Below are positions 1 to 7,972 of a stretch of 64,000 nucleotides of DNA, in pieces. A program made the position numbers and the translations under genes. Positions within the stretch are counted from its first letter, which is position 1, and every line of letters starts with the position of its first letter. The notes under the pieces were generated by a model. It was not told where the DNA came from and ran no database searches. It was given only the letters and a program-made list of their open reading frames with translations. The DNA comes from Eubacteriales bacterium (lineage in GTDB: Bacteria; Bacillota; Clostridia; Oscillospirales; CAG-382): assembly GCA_028702135.1 (NCBI GenBank), contig JAQVPJ010000010.1, positions 3,114-67,113 on the forward strand, in the 5' to 3' direction.

Positions 1-181
1 GGACTCAATTAATTCCGTTGGTTGCGTTAACGCAGATGAAATAATCCACGAAATGTAAATACAAAACCATATGACTTGCATATGGTATATTTATTGTATC
101 AAATATAATCAGCAATCAAAGATAAGAAAAAAGCAAACATATCCGTTATAATGTAATCACCGTACGGAGAAAGGAGCTTTT

Positions 182-976
182 ATGGATGAATCGTTTGTTA
201 TAAAGGTGAAAGCTTTCGCAGATACTCATCTGAAAGAAGAATTCTCACTTAATGATCTCGCAAAAGCAGTCGGCTATTCTGCTTTTCATCTGGCTCGGGA
301 ATTCAAACAGCAGACAGGCGTTTCTATCATGGATTATGTTCGTGAAAAACGCATTTTATCATCAGCACAGGAACTTGATGCCGGACTCAGTGTATGCGAT
401 ACGGCTATGGAGTATTGCTTTGACACACACGCAGGTTTTACAAAAGCATTTACTTCGGTATTCGGTTGTACACCGAAAGAATATCAAGAGCATTCACAAA
501 AAATGAAAACAATTGAAAGGAATATTATTATCATGGACTCTACGCAAATCAAAATACGCCATGTTTGTAGGGATGATGTGCAGGATTTATGGGAAAATGT
601 ATACAGTGCGATGACACCTCGCCAGATAACCGAAGATAAAATTGAGCCTGCGATAAAAGATTATGAGTCGGGAACAGGCTTGCTTCTTGTAGCAGAGGTT
701 GACGGCAAGGTCGTCATGTCGCTTGCAATGTCAAAACCTTCATGGATTCCGTTGGGCTTTGTCTGGGACAATAACTTTAACCTTACAGGCGGCGATGAAG
801 ACATTATTATGCAAAAACTTGTCGAGGGGATGAGATACCACGCAAAACAATTAAGCATCACAACCCTCATATCGCCGCAGAACAAAAACACAGAGGAATC
901 CAAGGCTATGCAATCGTTTGGATTTAAAAAAGTATTTGAATCCGGTGAATGGGAATACCTGATGATGGCGATATAA
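182..976 (+). CDS. AraC-family HTH regulator fused to a GNAT-like C-terminal domain
   Basis: The N-terminal ~100 aa carry the AraC double-HTH signature (LNDLAKAVGYSAFHLAREFKQQTGVSIMDYVREKRI ... HAGFTKAFTSVFGCTPKEY). The C-terminal ~150 aa look acetyltransferase-like (LLLVAEVDGKVVMSLAM). A hairpin terminator follows. Confidence 0.7.
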   Translation: MDESFVIKVKAFADTHLKEEFSLNDLAKAVGYSAFHLAREFKQQTGVSIMDYVREKRILSSAQELDAGLSVCDTAMEYCFDTHAGFTKAFTSVFGCTPKEYQEHSQKMKTIERNIIIMDSTQIKIRHVCRDDVQDLWENVYSAMTPRQITEDKIEPAIKDYESGTGLLLVAEVDGKVVMSLAMSKPSWIPLGFVWDNNFNLTGGDEDIIMQKLVEGMRYHAKQLSITTLISPQNKNTEESKAMQSFGFKKVFESGEWEYLMMAI

Positions 977-997
977 TTGTTTTGTTAGGTTAATCAT

Positions 998-1036
998 ACC
1001 CAGAGTAGCTTTTTACTGCTTCTCTGGGTATTTTTA
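998..1036 (+). terminator. Intrinsic terminator after the AraC/GNAT gene
   Basis: Stem cccagag (999-1005) pairs with ctctggg (1022-1028) and is followed by tattttta. Confidence 0.6.
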
Positions 1037-1313
1037 TACCTTATTTTATTTGCGTTTTTATCGTTACTTACATAAAGAGTTTCCCGTATTATTCTGAAAC
1101 ATATCGATGATATATTGATTTTTTCTTTATTATGTGATAGAATAAATATAGTAATTTATACAATGTAAGATTATGAAATCTGATTTTACAGGGAGTGTTT
1201 TTTATGGAGCCTAATCCTGAACCTAGAAGTACGAAAATATTGATTTACATATAAAGCATGCGAATTTTAATCATCCTGCTTTGTATGGATGATTAAAAGG
1301 AGCTTTGAAAGAA

Positions 1314-2255
1314 ATGGTAAAAATTTACTTTACTGAAGACGGTGTAGTCAAGAAAATTACAGAGCCACAAGTTGGCTGCTGGGTATCTCTGATTAACCCC
1401 AGCGAAAAAGAGGTTACTGATATTGCAGAACAGTATAATATCGACGCGGACAGCCTGCGTGCCGCGCTTGACGAGGAGGAGCGTTCGCGAATAGAGGTTG
1501 AGGATAACTACACAATGGTCCTTGTGAACATGCCCACCTATGACACAAACGATAAAGAGGAAACCTATTATACTATTCCGCTTTCAGTTTTTTTAGCGAA
1601 GGATGCAATCATCACCGTGTGCCTTGAGGACACTCCGGTGCTTGATGCTTTTGCCAACGGACGCATAAAAGATTTCTATACCCATATGAAGACGAGATTT
1701 ATCCTGCAGCTTCTTTACAGGAACTCATCTTTATTCCTTTATTACCTGCGGCTTATTGACAAAAAAAGCGAACAGGTAGAGAACGAGCTGCAGAGCTCAA
1801 CTAAGAATCATGAGTTAATAGAATTGCTGAAGCTTGAGAAAAGCCTTGTCTATTTTACCACAGCGCTCCGCTCCAACGAGGTTGTTCTCGAAAAGCTGCT
1901 TAGAAACGAGAACGTAAAGAAATATCCCGAGGATACTGATCTTCTTGAGGATGTTATAGTCGAGAATAAGCAGGCTATCGAGATGGCGAGTATATACAGC
2001 GGAATTCTCAGCGGAATGATGGACGCTTTTGCATCTGTTATTTCCAATAATCTTAATATCGTGATGAAGTTTCTTGCAGTCGTAACTATCGTAATGTCGA
2101 TACCCACGATGATTTTCAGCGCATACGGTATGAATGTTGCGCTTGAGGGTATGCCGTTCGCAAGCAGTCCTTACGGTTTTTTAATTGTTATCTCATTAGC
2201 TTTGGTGCTAAGCCTGATTGTGGCATTTATATTCGCAAGAAAAAAGAGGCTGTAA
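1314..2255 (+). CDS. corA: CorA-family divalent cation (Mg2+/Co2+) transporter
   Basis: It has the GMN signature (SAYGMNVALEGMPF) followed by two C-terminal TM helices and a KKR tail, at a typical ~315 aa length. The ATG at 1314 sits 11 nt after the RBS aaaggag. The track's TTG at 1305 is too close to that RBS. Confidence 0.85.
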   Translation: MVKIYFTEDGVVKKITEPQVGCWVSLINPSEKEVTDIAEQYNIDADSLRAALDEEERSRIEVEDNYTMVLVNMPTYDTNDKEETYYTIPLSVFLAKDAIITVCLEDTPVLDAFANGRIKDFYTHMKTRFILQLLYRNSSLFLYYLRLIDKKSEQVENELQSSTKNHELIELLKLEKSLVYFTTALRSNEVVLEKLLRNENVKKYPEDTDLLEDVIVENKQAIEMASIYSGILSGMMDAFASVISNNLNIVMKFLAVVTIVMSIPTMIFSAYGMNVALEGMPFASSPYGFLIVISLALVLSLIVAFIFARKKRL

Positions 2256-2319
2256 TCGTTAAAGCACATAAACATCGGGTTGATTTTATGTATATAACGC
2301 CGAAAATTCTTTTTGCCGG

Positions 2320-2347
2320 TTGACATAATTACATTTTGTGGTATAAT
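2320..2347 (+). promoter_or_regulatory. Sigma-A-type promoter upstream of the GNAT gene
   Basis: TTGACA (2320-2325), a 16-nt spacer, then TATAAT (2342-2347), preceded by tgg. Confidence 0.55.
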
Positions 2348-2498
2348 ATTACCGGTATTGTTACCGGGTTTTAATAATAATCATACTTACTAAAATTTAA
2401 TATGCAATAAAAGAACCGTCGTTGTTAATAACGTCTTTACTAAAAGGCTATGAAACAGGGGAGGGCTTTTAAATATTTTTTACTGCGAGGTAAGCGAT

Positions 2499-3014
2499 AT
2501 GAAGAGAGCCGCTTCTGTTTTTTTGCGTGCTGACATAACCGCAAGCGATGCATATGCGTTGATTGATTGGTTAAAAAATAAAAAAATAACAAAGTATATG
2601 AATGAGTCTCCAAAGGTGACTGAAAACATACACACCATTTTGAAACAAGGGAATACTCCTTTTCTGACCATGTATTTTAACCGTCAGGGGCGTTTTTTTA
2701 TGATAGATGACGATAAAAACCTCCCGATAGGTTTCATAAAGCTTGTTGAAACAGAAGTAGAAAATTCATACGAAATCGTTATCGCTATCGGAGATGAAAG
2801 CATATGGGGGCGTGGTTACGGCAGAAATGCCGTCAATAAATGCCTTCAAATGGTGTTTTATGAATGGCGCGCTGATAAAATCATTGCAAATATACATTAC
2901 GAGAACCGTCATTCAATCAACCTGTTCGAAAAAATGGGACTGAAAAAGGAAAAAGAGAACCGCAATACCATCCGTTACAGGATTACAAAGGAGGAGTATC
3001 TTAAAAGAGCGTAA
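2499..3014 (+). CDS. GNAT-family N-acetyltransferase
   Basis: It has the acetyl-CoA binding motif region (IAIGDESIWGRGYGRNAVNKCLQMVF) and a conserved NxxSINLFEKMGL tail. The size fits a single GNAT domain. Confidence 0.75.
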   Translation: MKRAASVFLRADITASDAYALIDWLKNKKITKYMNESPKVTENIHTILKQGNTPFLTMYFNRQGRFFMIDDDKNLPIGFIKLVETEVENSYEIVIAIGDESIWGRGYGRNAVNKCLQMVFYEWRADKIIANIHYENRHSINLFEKMGLKKEKENRNTIRYRITKEEYLKRA

Positions 3015-3103
3015 TAACTCTCTTTGTGATACACCCATAAGCGCTAAAGATAGCTGATATAATGTCCCATTGAATTATCAGTAAATTTTGTACTTATTTA
3101 AAA

Positions 3104-3141
3104 AAGACCGCCTCAGAGCATCAACGCTCTTTAGCGGTCTT
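3104..3141. terminator. Bidirectional hairpin terminator between convergent genes
   Basis: agaccgc...agagc / gctct...gcggtct nested stem. It is flanked by an A-run on the + side and a T-rich tract, so it is usable on both strands. Confidence 0.6.
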
Positions 3142-3204
3142 TAGATTTGACGTTGAAAATCATTTTTTGCTTTTATAAAAGTAAAATCAAATTTGTAAGT
3201 GTTT

Positions 3205-4797
3205 TTACCATTCCCAGCCGAATATTCGCGGTAAATCATATCCCTTATCATCAAAAAGCTCGATAGCTATTGCAGAAGGTATATTGAAGGAGCGATAACT
3301 TCTCGAATAAGCATCTCTGCGGTATCTATTCGAAAGATGCAATAATTTATTTTTCACCATTATTTGATCAGTTTCCGGCAGCTTGTCATATGCATCGAAT
3401 AAATATGGTATTGCGGAGTCGGATAACTGGTCGAACATTTGGGTATCAAGCGTTTCAAGATCACCGGACACATAGTGATTTATATTGTAATGAGCGATCC
3501 TTGCGTCGACGTCGCAAAAGACAAGCAGTCCGAACATCATAACAAACGATATGACCGCAGCTCTCATATAATTCATCTTGGAGCGGAACTGTTTTATAGT
3601 CAGAATTATAAATAAAATTCCAATCAGAAGCAAAAACCAGGTAGCATAAACACGCTTGAGCGTAAGACCGAATAAATCGATATACAAAACCATTTTACTA
3701 ATTGCGGTTACTACCAGAGCAACGGTAAAGACCGAAAACAAAACTGTGTAGGTCTTCTGTACGCGGCTTATATTGCCGTTCTCGTTTCTTTTTCCAAAAA
3801 ATACGGTAAGAATTATAATAAATGCATTGATACAGCTTACGGTACAAAGTTGAAAAAAACCTTCTCTTGCGTACTGGGAGCTGTTCATACCCGCAGGAAC
3901 GATGCTCTCGAAAGCGGATAGAAAATATGCTGACTGCGATATGAAAAAGAGCAGATAAACCAACAGTAGGGGAGTAAGTGCCGAGCAGATGATGATATTT
4001 GATACCGACTGGCAGGAATTAATCAGCTTGGCGCTTTTTTTAAAACCGGTATCGAAACGCTCCTTTTTCTCCGAAAAGGAAAACATCATCCCGAAAATGT
4101 ACATTGCAGCCGGTATTCCAAAAAGCAGGGGCAAAATATTCACGCTTATGATTTTTTCTATATCCGAAAAAATATAATTGATCAGGTTTCCGAACGCATT
4201 GTCCGCTTTTGTCAGTAATGTAAGTATAATCAAAGTCGGTATTACCGCGATTAAAAGACCGATTAATATATATAATATCCGCGACGCACCGTTTTTTTTC
4301 TTTAGGTCAGATGGGATAACCCGTACTATCTGCCCCATACTTTCGAAAGGTATAAAAATGCTTTTCAATAAGTTGACGATAAAAATATCGTCTATTTTTT
4401 TTCCTCCCAGGTGTCCGAACATACATAAATACCAGTAAATTACCGAAACAAATATAAAAACAAGAGTCCAGAGTTTTATAAAAGTATTATCTGAAAGCAC
4501 AAATACCAAAGAAAAAAGTGATATAAAACCCGCTCCGAAATAAGCGGAGAACCCAATCGGTATATTTTTTCTTTTTGCGTGTATCAGCGAAATAGCGACA
4601 AAAAGCAGGCAAAAAACAGTCATGCCGATACCCGGATCTGAACATACTCCATTTTTTATAAACAAAAAACCTAATATAAATGCGAGGATCGCAAAAACAA
4701 AGTCGACCATCGAAACGGGTTTTTCTATAACCCTGTTTGTGTCCTGTAAAGGCGGTACGGCAGGATGATCATTACTGCTGGTAATGTTGTTGTCCAT
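3205..4797 (-). CDS. Large polytopic membrane protein of unknown function (DUF4153/DUF4173-like at best)
   Basis: 530-aa ORF with at least 10 hydrophobic helices and a soluble C-terminal ~90 aa. It is the last gene of the DUF2975/YozG-like HTH cluster. No catalytic motif was recognised. Confidence 0.55.
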   Translation of the reverse strand: MDNNITSSNDHPAVPPLQDTNRVIEKPVSMVDFVFAILAFILGFLFIKNGVCSDPGIGMTVFCLLFVAISLIHAKRKNIPIGFSAYFGAGFISLFSLVFVLSDNTFIKLWTLVFIFVSVIYWYLCMFGHLGGKKIDDIFIVNLLKSIFIPFESMGQIVRVIPSDLKKKNGASRILYILIGLLIAVIPTLIILTLLTKADNAFGNLINYIFSDIEKIISVNILPLLFGIPAAMYIFGMMFSFSEKKERFDTGFKKSAKLINSCQSVSNIIICSALTPLLLVYLLFFISQSAYFLSAFESIVPAGMNSSQYAREGFFQLCTVSCINAFIIILTVFFGKRNENGNISRVQKTYTVLFSVFTVALVVTAISKMVLYIDLFGLTLKRVYATWFLLLIGILFIILTIKQFRSKMNYMRAAVISFVMMFGLLVFCDVDARIAHYNINHYVSGDLETLDTQMFDQLSDSAIPYLFDAYDKLPETDQIMVKNKLLHLSNRYRRDAYSRSYRSFNIPSAIAIELFDDKGYDLPRIFGWEW

Positions 4798-4839
4798 AAT
4801 ATACCTCGTTTCTGAATTATATTTTTATGCGTAGTGTAA

Positions 4840-5052
4840 TTATTCTTTTTTCGGAACATATTCCAATATGTCCTGGGGCTGACAATCAAGTTCCCTGCAT
4901 ATCGTCTCCAAAGTGGAAAAGCGTATTGCCTTAGCCTTGTTTGTTTTTAGAATAGACAGGTTTGCGGAAGTTATATCCACCCGTTTCGCAAGCTCGCCGA
5001 GAGATATTTTCCGCTTTGCCATCATAACATCCAAATTTACTATTATCGGCAC
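4840..5052 (-). CDS. Small XRE/YozG-type HTH transcriptional regulator
   Basis: The 70-aa protein is essentially one HTH_26/Cro-C1 domain (ISLGELAKRVDITSANLSILKTNKAKAIRFSTLETICRELDCQPQDILEY). It lies 12 nt downstream of a DUF2975-like gene, a recurrent pairing. Confidence 0.8.
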   Translation of the reverse strand: MPIIVNLDVMMAKRKISLGELAKRVDITSANLSILKTNKAKAIRFSTLETICRELDCQPQDILEYVPKKE

Positions 5053-5064
5053 TTTTTTACCCTC

Positions 5065-5517
5065 CTAAATCGTATAGTCGTACTCTTCCTTCATGGCGAC
5101 CGCTGCGTCAAATACATTTTTTATAACCCTTAGGATAAGAAAAATGAAAAAAGCGGCAAAAGCGATTACAAAAGCCGTGTTGAAAAAGTAACCCGTAGCG
5201 GTATAGATAATACCGATAAGAAAACAACACCATGACAGGATACGAAGACAGCGGACATTATGCGAAACAAAAATCTCTTCCTTTTCAATACTGCATAACA
5301 GCCTGAACAAAAAATAATCGGCTACAATCGCAGGTAACAGAGAGGCGTACAGAACAATATACGCGACCAGAACACTATCCTCGATAAGATTTGTATTAGC
5401 CTTGAAAAGACTGATATAGGTAGGTATTAAAAAGATACTCGCGACAAGAAAAATAAAAATCACAACGCAGACGATTTTTGATAACAGGATAGATTTTTTT
5501 CTACCGATTACAGGCAT
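5065..5517 (-). CDS. DUF2975-like four-helix membrane protein
   Basis: 150 aa with four hydrophobic segments. It sits directly upstream of the YozG-like HTH gene. Confidence 0.6.
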   Translation of the reverse strand: MPVIGRKKSILLSKIVCVVIFIFLVASIFLIPTYISLFKANTNLIEDSVLVAYIVLYASLLPAIVADYFLFRLLCSIEKEEIFVSHNVRCLRILSWCCFLIGIIYTATGYFFNTAFVIAFAAFFIFLILRVIKNVFDAAVAMKEEYDYTI

Positions 5518-5691
5518 TGGACTCTCTCCTTCATATTTTTTACTAAAATATTCTTATGTGAATCTACTGCGAATGATTATATCATGTTATTTATTGAATG
5601 TCAAGAATAAATTATCGAAAAACAATAAATATAAATTGACAAACAATAAAAAGCGGAACAATAGTCCGCTTTTTATTGTATAGTGTTCGTT

Positions 5692-6297
5692 TTAATAATA
5701 CCTTCTTCTTCTCCTGCGGTGGAACTCTGAAAGGAATAAAATGTCTATCAGATCACCCAACAACCCTCTTCTTCTGTTACGGCGGCTGAAAAAAAACGGA
5801 TAACGCGAAATCGTTTGTGTTATTGTCGGTTCTGCGATCTGGCTGGTACCGTTCTCGTTTGCCTTTGTAAGTTCAGGGTAAACCTCGGTAATTATCTTAT
5901 ATAAATCCTCGGAAATCTGATCTAAAATATCCGGACCCGGCGCTTCTTCTCCGTAATAAGTATCAAGCTGATCGCATATCATAAGAATATAAGGTTGTAT
6001 CTTATAGTATATTTCAGGATAAATCCTTTGTAGATCCGGCATTTCCTCTCTCGGCATATTTTGTGCGGGAGAGCGGTTAGGTGTTACTTGCCCCGGCATC
6101 TGCCCCGGCATCTGTCCCGGCATCTGTCCCGGCATCTGTCCCGGCATCTGCCCCGGCATTTGACCCGGCATCTGACCTGGCATCTGACCTGGCTTCTGGC
6201 TCGGCATCTGACCTGGCATCTGGCCCGGCATTTGCCCCGGCATCTGTCTTGGAGTTCCTTGATTTTGCTGTCTGTTTTGCATATTTAGATTGTTCAA
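5692..6297 (-). CDS. Hypothetical protein with an N-terminal (PGQM)n tandem repeat and an arginine-rich tail
   Basis: TTG start 6 nt after the RBS ggagga. About 16 PGQM tetrapeptides are followed by a non-repetitive acidic domain and a C-terminus ending HRRRRRRYY. No family was recognised. Confidence 0.6.
   Translation of the reverse strand: MNNLNMQNRQQNQGTPRQMPGQMPGQMPGQMPSQKPGQMPGQMPGQMPGQMPGQMPGQMPGQMPGQMPGQVTPNRSPAQNMPREEMPDLQRIYPEIYYKIQPYILMICDQLDTYYGEEAPGPDILDQISEDLYKIITEVYPELTKANENGTSQIAEPTITQTISRYPFFFSRRNRRRGLLGDLIDILFLSEFHRRRRRRYY
6091..6246. repeat. 12-bp tandem repeat, about 13 copies (ccccggcatctg and variants)
   Basis: Direct reading gives consecutive 12-mers with third-position-type variation. 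They encode the PGQM repeat of the minus-strand gene. Confidence 0.95.
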
Positions 6298-6454
6298 ATA
6301 TTTTCCTCCAGTTTCATAGATTCAATACATTATATGAAACGTATATGAATGAGTTACTTCCCCCGACGGATAAATTATTTTTGTTCAGAGAAAAAAACAC
6401 TTGACAAACAGAAAAAAACGTAATATTTTATATTAAAAGTTAATACAATAAACT

Positions 6455-6722
6455 GTTGAAACAGAGAAGTATCTTAATTGAGGTTATCAGAGAGTTTTGG
6501 TTTGGTGCGACAAAACATCGGATTTTAAGTGAATGGACTGTTGAGGGCGGATGCAAAATGAGATTTTTCAGAGTAGTTTCCGACGCGTTTCCAGCGTGAC
6601 TGTGAGGAAGTATGCATGTACTTCGCTGAGGTAGCAGTATACAATCGGTATACCTACGTAATTGGGTGGCAACACGGTAACACATATCGTCCCAAAAGAG
6701 GATGTGTTACGGTGATTTTTTT
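6455..6722 (+). promoter_or_regulatory. T-box leader RNA, probable Trp (UGG) specifier, ending in an intrinsic terminator
   Basis: Stem I elements are AGAGAAGTA, the AG bulge CAGAGAG and the distal loop GGTTTGGTGCGA. The specifier-loop context is GTGAA-TGG-A at 6531-6537. The T-box sequence AATTGGGTGGCAACACGG lies at 6660-6677. The terminator pairs cggtaacacat with atgtgttacgg and is followed by gaTTTTTTT (6675-6722). A TTGACA sits at 6401. Confidence 0.7.
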
Positions 6723-6727
6723 ATAAT

Positions 6728-6770
6728 AAATCCGCTGTTCGGAAGTCTGACGACCCTAACAGCGGATTTT
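6728..6770. terminator. Hairpin between the T-box leader and the convergent lipoprotein gene
   Basis: aaatccgctgtt (6728-6739) pairs with aacagcggattt (6758-6769). TTTT follows on the + strand. Which strand it serves is ambiguous. Confidence 0.5.
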
Positions 6771-6817
6771 CAATGCTCTATATTAACAGAGCATACTATC
6801 ACTTTTTTATATTTTAA

Positions 6818-7807
6818 TTAGTATATTAAAGGTTCATGATCTGATTCATAAACATAATCCGAGGATAGGAAAATCAAATCTTCATCAATCTGCTTCAGTT
6901 TGTATTCAATCACATGCGATTTAATTGTCTCCGCCCAGTCGGCATAAAACTGTATGGTAACCGTAGTTATACCGTTCTCTGTTTTTTCATCGATTACTTC
7001 GTATGAGTACATAATTCCTCCGCATCTATGTACTGAATACAAACCGTCACATAAGTAATCATCGCTCGGAATTATATCTTTTAAACCGGATATTTTATAG
7101 GCATATTCCTGAAATTCATCTAAAGTGAATTCACTTTTTGACCATAAAACATATTCGGTCAAAGATGAAATATAGTCTTCCTTTTGTTCTCCGGTTAATG
7201 AAGCCGGATCGGAGTAATCACATATCTTGTAAAAAACGTCCCATTCAAATAACGCGTATTGTGCAGCAGATGCTTCATCATAAATCTTATTATAAGTTGT
7301 AAAATAGGTATCATAGGGCGATTCAACTAAAACGGTGTGTTCACCAACCGGCATGGTATCCAAACCGCTTTCTATTATATCGAATGAAAAAATAACAGTG
7401 TAATCGTCTCTCGGATAAATTGTGTACGCACCGATTTTGAGTGTTTTGTAATCATCAAGAACACCTTTTTCAAGACAACCTTTTTCTTCCATTACTGCAG
7501 TGTCACCGTTCAAAAATGCTTTTATCAATAAGTATCTTTCGTCTTCTTTTGTAAGTCCGAGCTGTTCGATATCCTCTATGTCGTTTATTGATAAATTTGT
7601 TTTGCTTGAATCCTCACTTGATACCGAAACCTCATTCTCGCTTTTTTCAAAAGAGGATTCCATCGTGCTTTCATCATTCTCCGATAGATTATCCGATGCT
7701 TCTGACGACCCGCTTGAATTATTATCCGGTTCGACACAGGAGTAAAACGCCGCAATCAAAAACAATGATATAAAAAGGAGGATTGCTTTTTTCATTATCA
7801 TACTCAC
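6818..7807 (-). CDS. Putative lipoprotein of unknown function
   Basis: It has a signal peptide with a lipobox-like AAFYSC, then a low-complexity S/E/N linker, then a ~230-aa globular domain with no recognised motif. Confidence 0.6.
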   Translation of the reverse strand: MSMIMKKAILLFISLFLIAAFYSCVEPDNNSSGSSEASDNLSENDESTMESSFEKSENEVSVSSEDSSKTNLSINDIEDIEQLGLTKEDERYLLIKAFLNGDTAVMEEKGCLEKGVLDDYKTLKIGAYTIYPRDDYTVIFSFDIIESGLDTMPVGEHTVLVESPYDTYFTTYNKIYDEASAAQYALFEWDVFYKICDYSDPASLTGEQKEDYISSLTEYVLWSKSEFTLDEFQEYAYKISGLKDIIPSDDYLCDGLYSVHRCGGIMYSYEVIDEKTENGITTVTIQFYADWAETIKSHVIEYKLKQIDEDLIFLSSDYVYESDHEPLIY

Positions 7808-7844
7808 CTTTCTTGGAAAATACTGCTTTATATCAATAGTGGAG

Positions 7845-7896
7845 AAAAAAACCGAAAAAGTTTCACCCCGAAGAATTTTTTTATATTTATTTTTAC
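7845..7896 (+). promoter_or_regulatory. Copy A of a shared upstream element (CCGAA-N11-CCGAA plus a T-rich tail)
   Basis: aaaaaaaccgaaaaagtttcaccccgaagaatttttttatatttatttttac, about 17 nt upstream of TTGACA-17-TATTAT for the lipase-like gene. It is about 75% identical to 9348-9398. Confidence 0.4.
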
Positions 7897-7972
7897 TCGT
7901 TAAAATAAAACATTGACAATTTCAATATCTATCATTATTATTGAAGTATTACAAATACTTGAAGGAAACAAG

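Noticed and set aside
1-58. Possible 3' end of a plus-strand gene (...NADEIIHEM stop at 56-58).
   Set aside because: Only 18 codons are visible, which is too little to support any call.
1040-1304. The long AT-rich spacer upstream of corA was examined for an M-box (Mg2+) riboswitch.
   Set aside because: No M-box-like conserved core was seen. The only structure is a simple hairpin (ttaatcatcc/ggatgattaa) just before the RBS, which is too little evidence to call a regulatory RNA.
6091-6246. Whether the tandem repeats here and at 47185-47285 could be CRISPR arrays.
   Set aside because: The units are contiguous with no spacers, lie inside coding sequences and preserve the reading frame. No cas genes are in the window.
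6061-6404. Two plus-strand ORFs (75 and 107 aa) with striking HLSRHL / PASAPAS periodic sequences.
   Set aside because: They are the antisense reading of the 12-bp tandem repeat inside the minus-strand PGQM gene. They have no RBS, and the periodicity is forced by the repeat.
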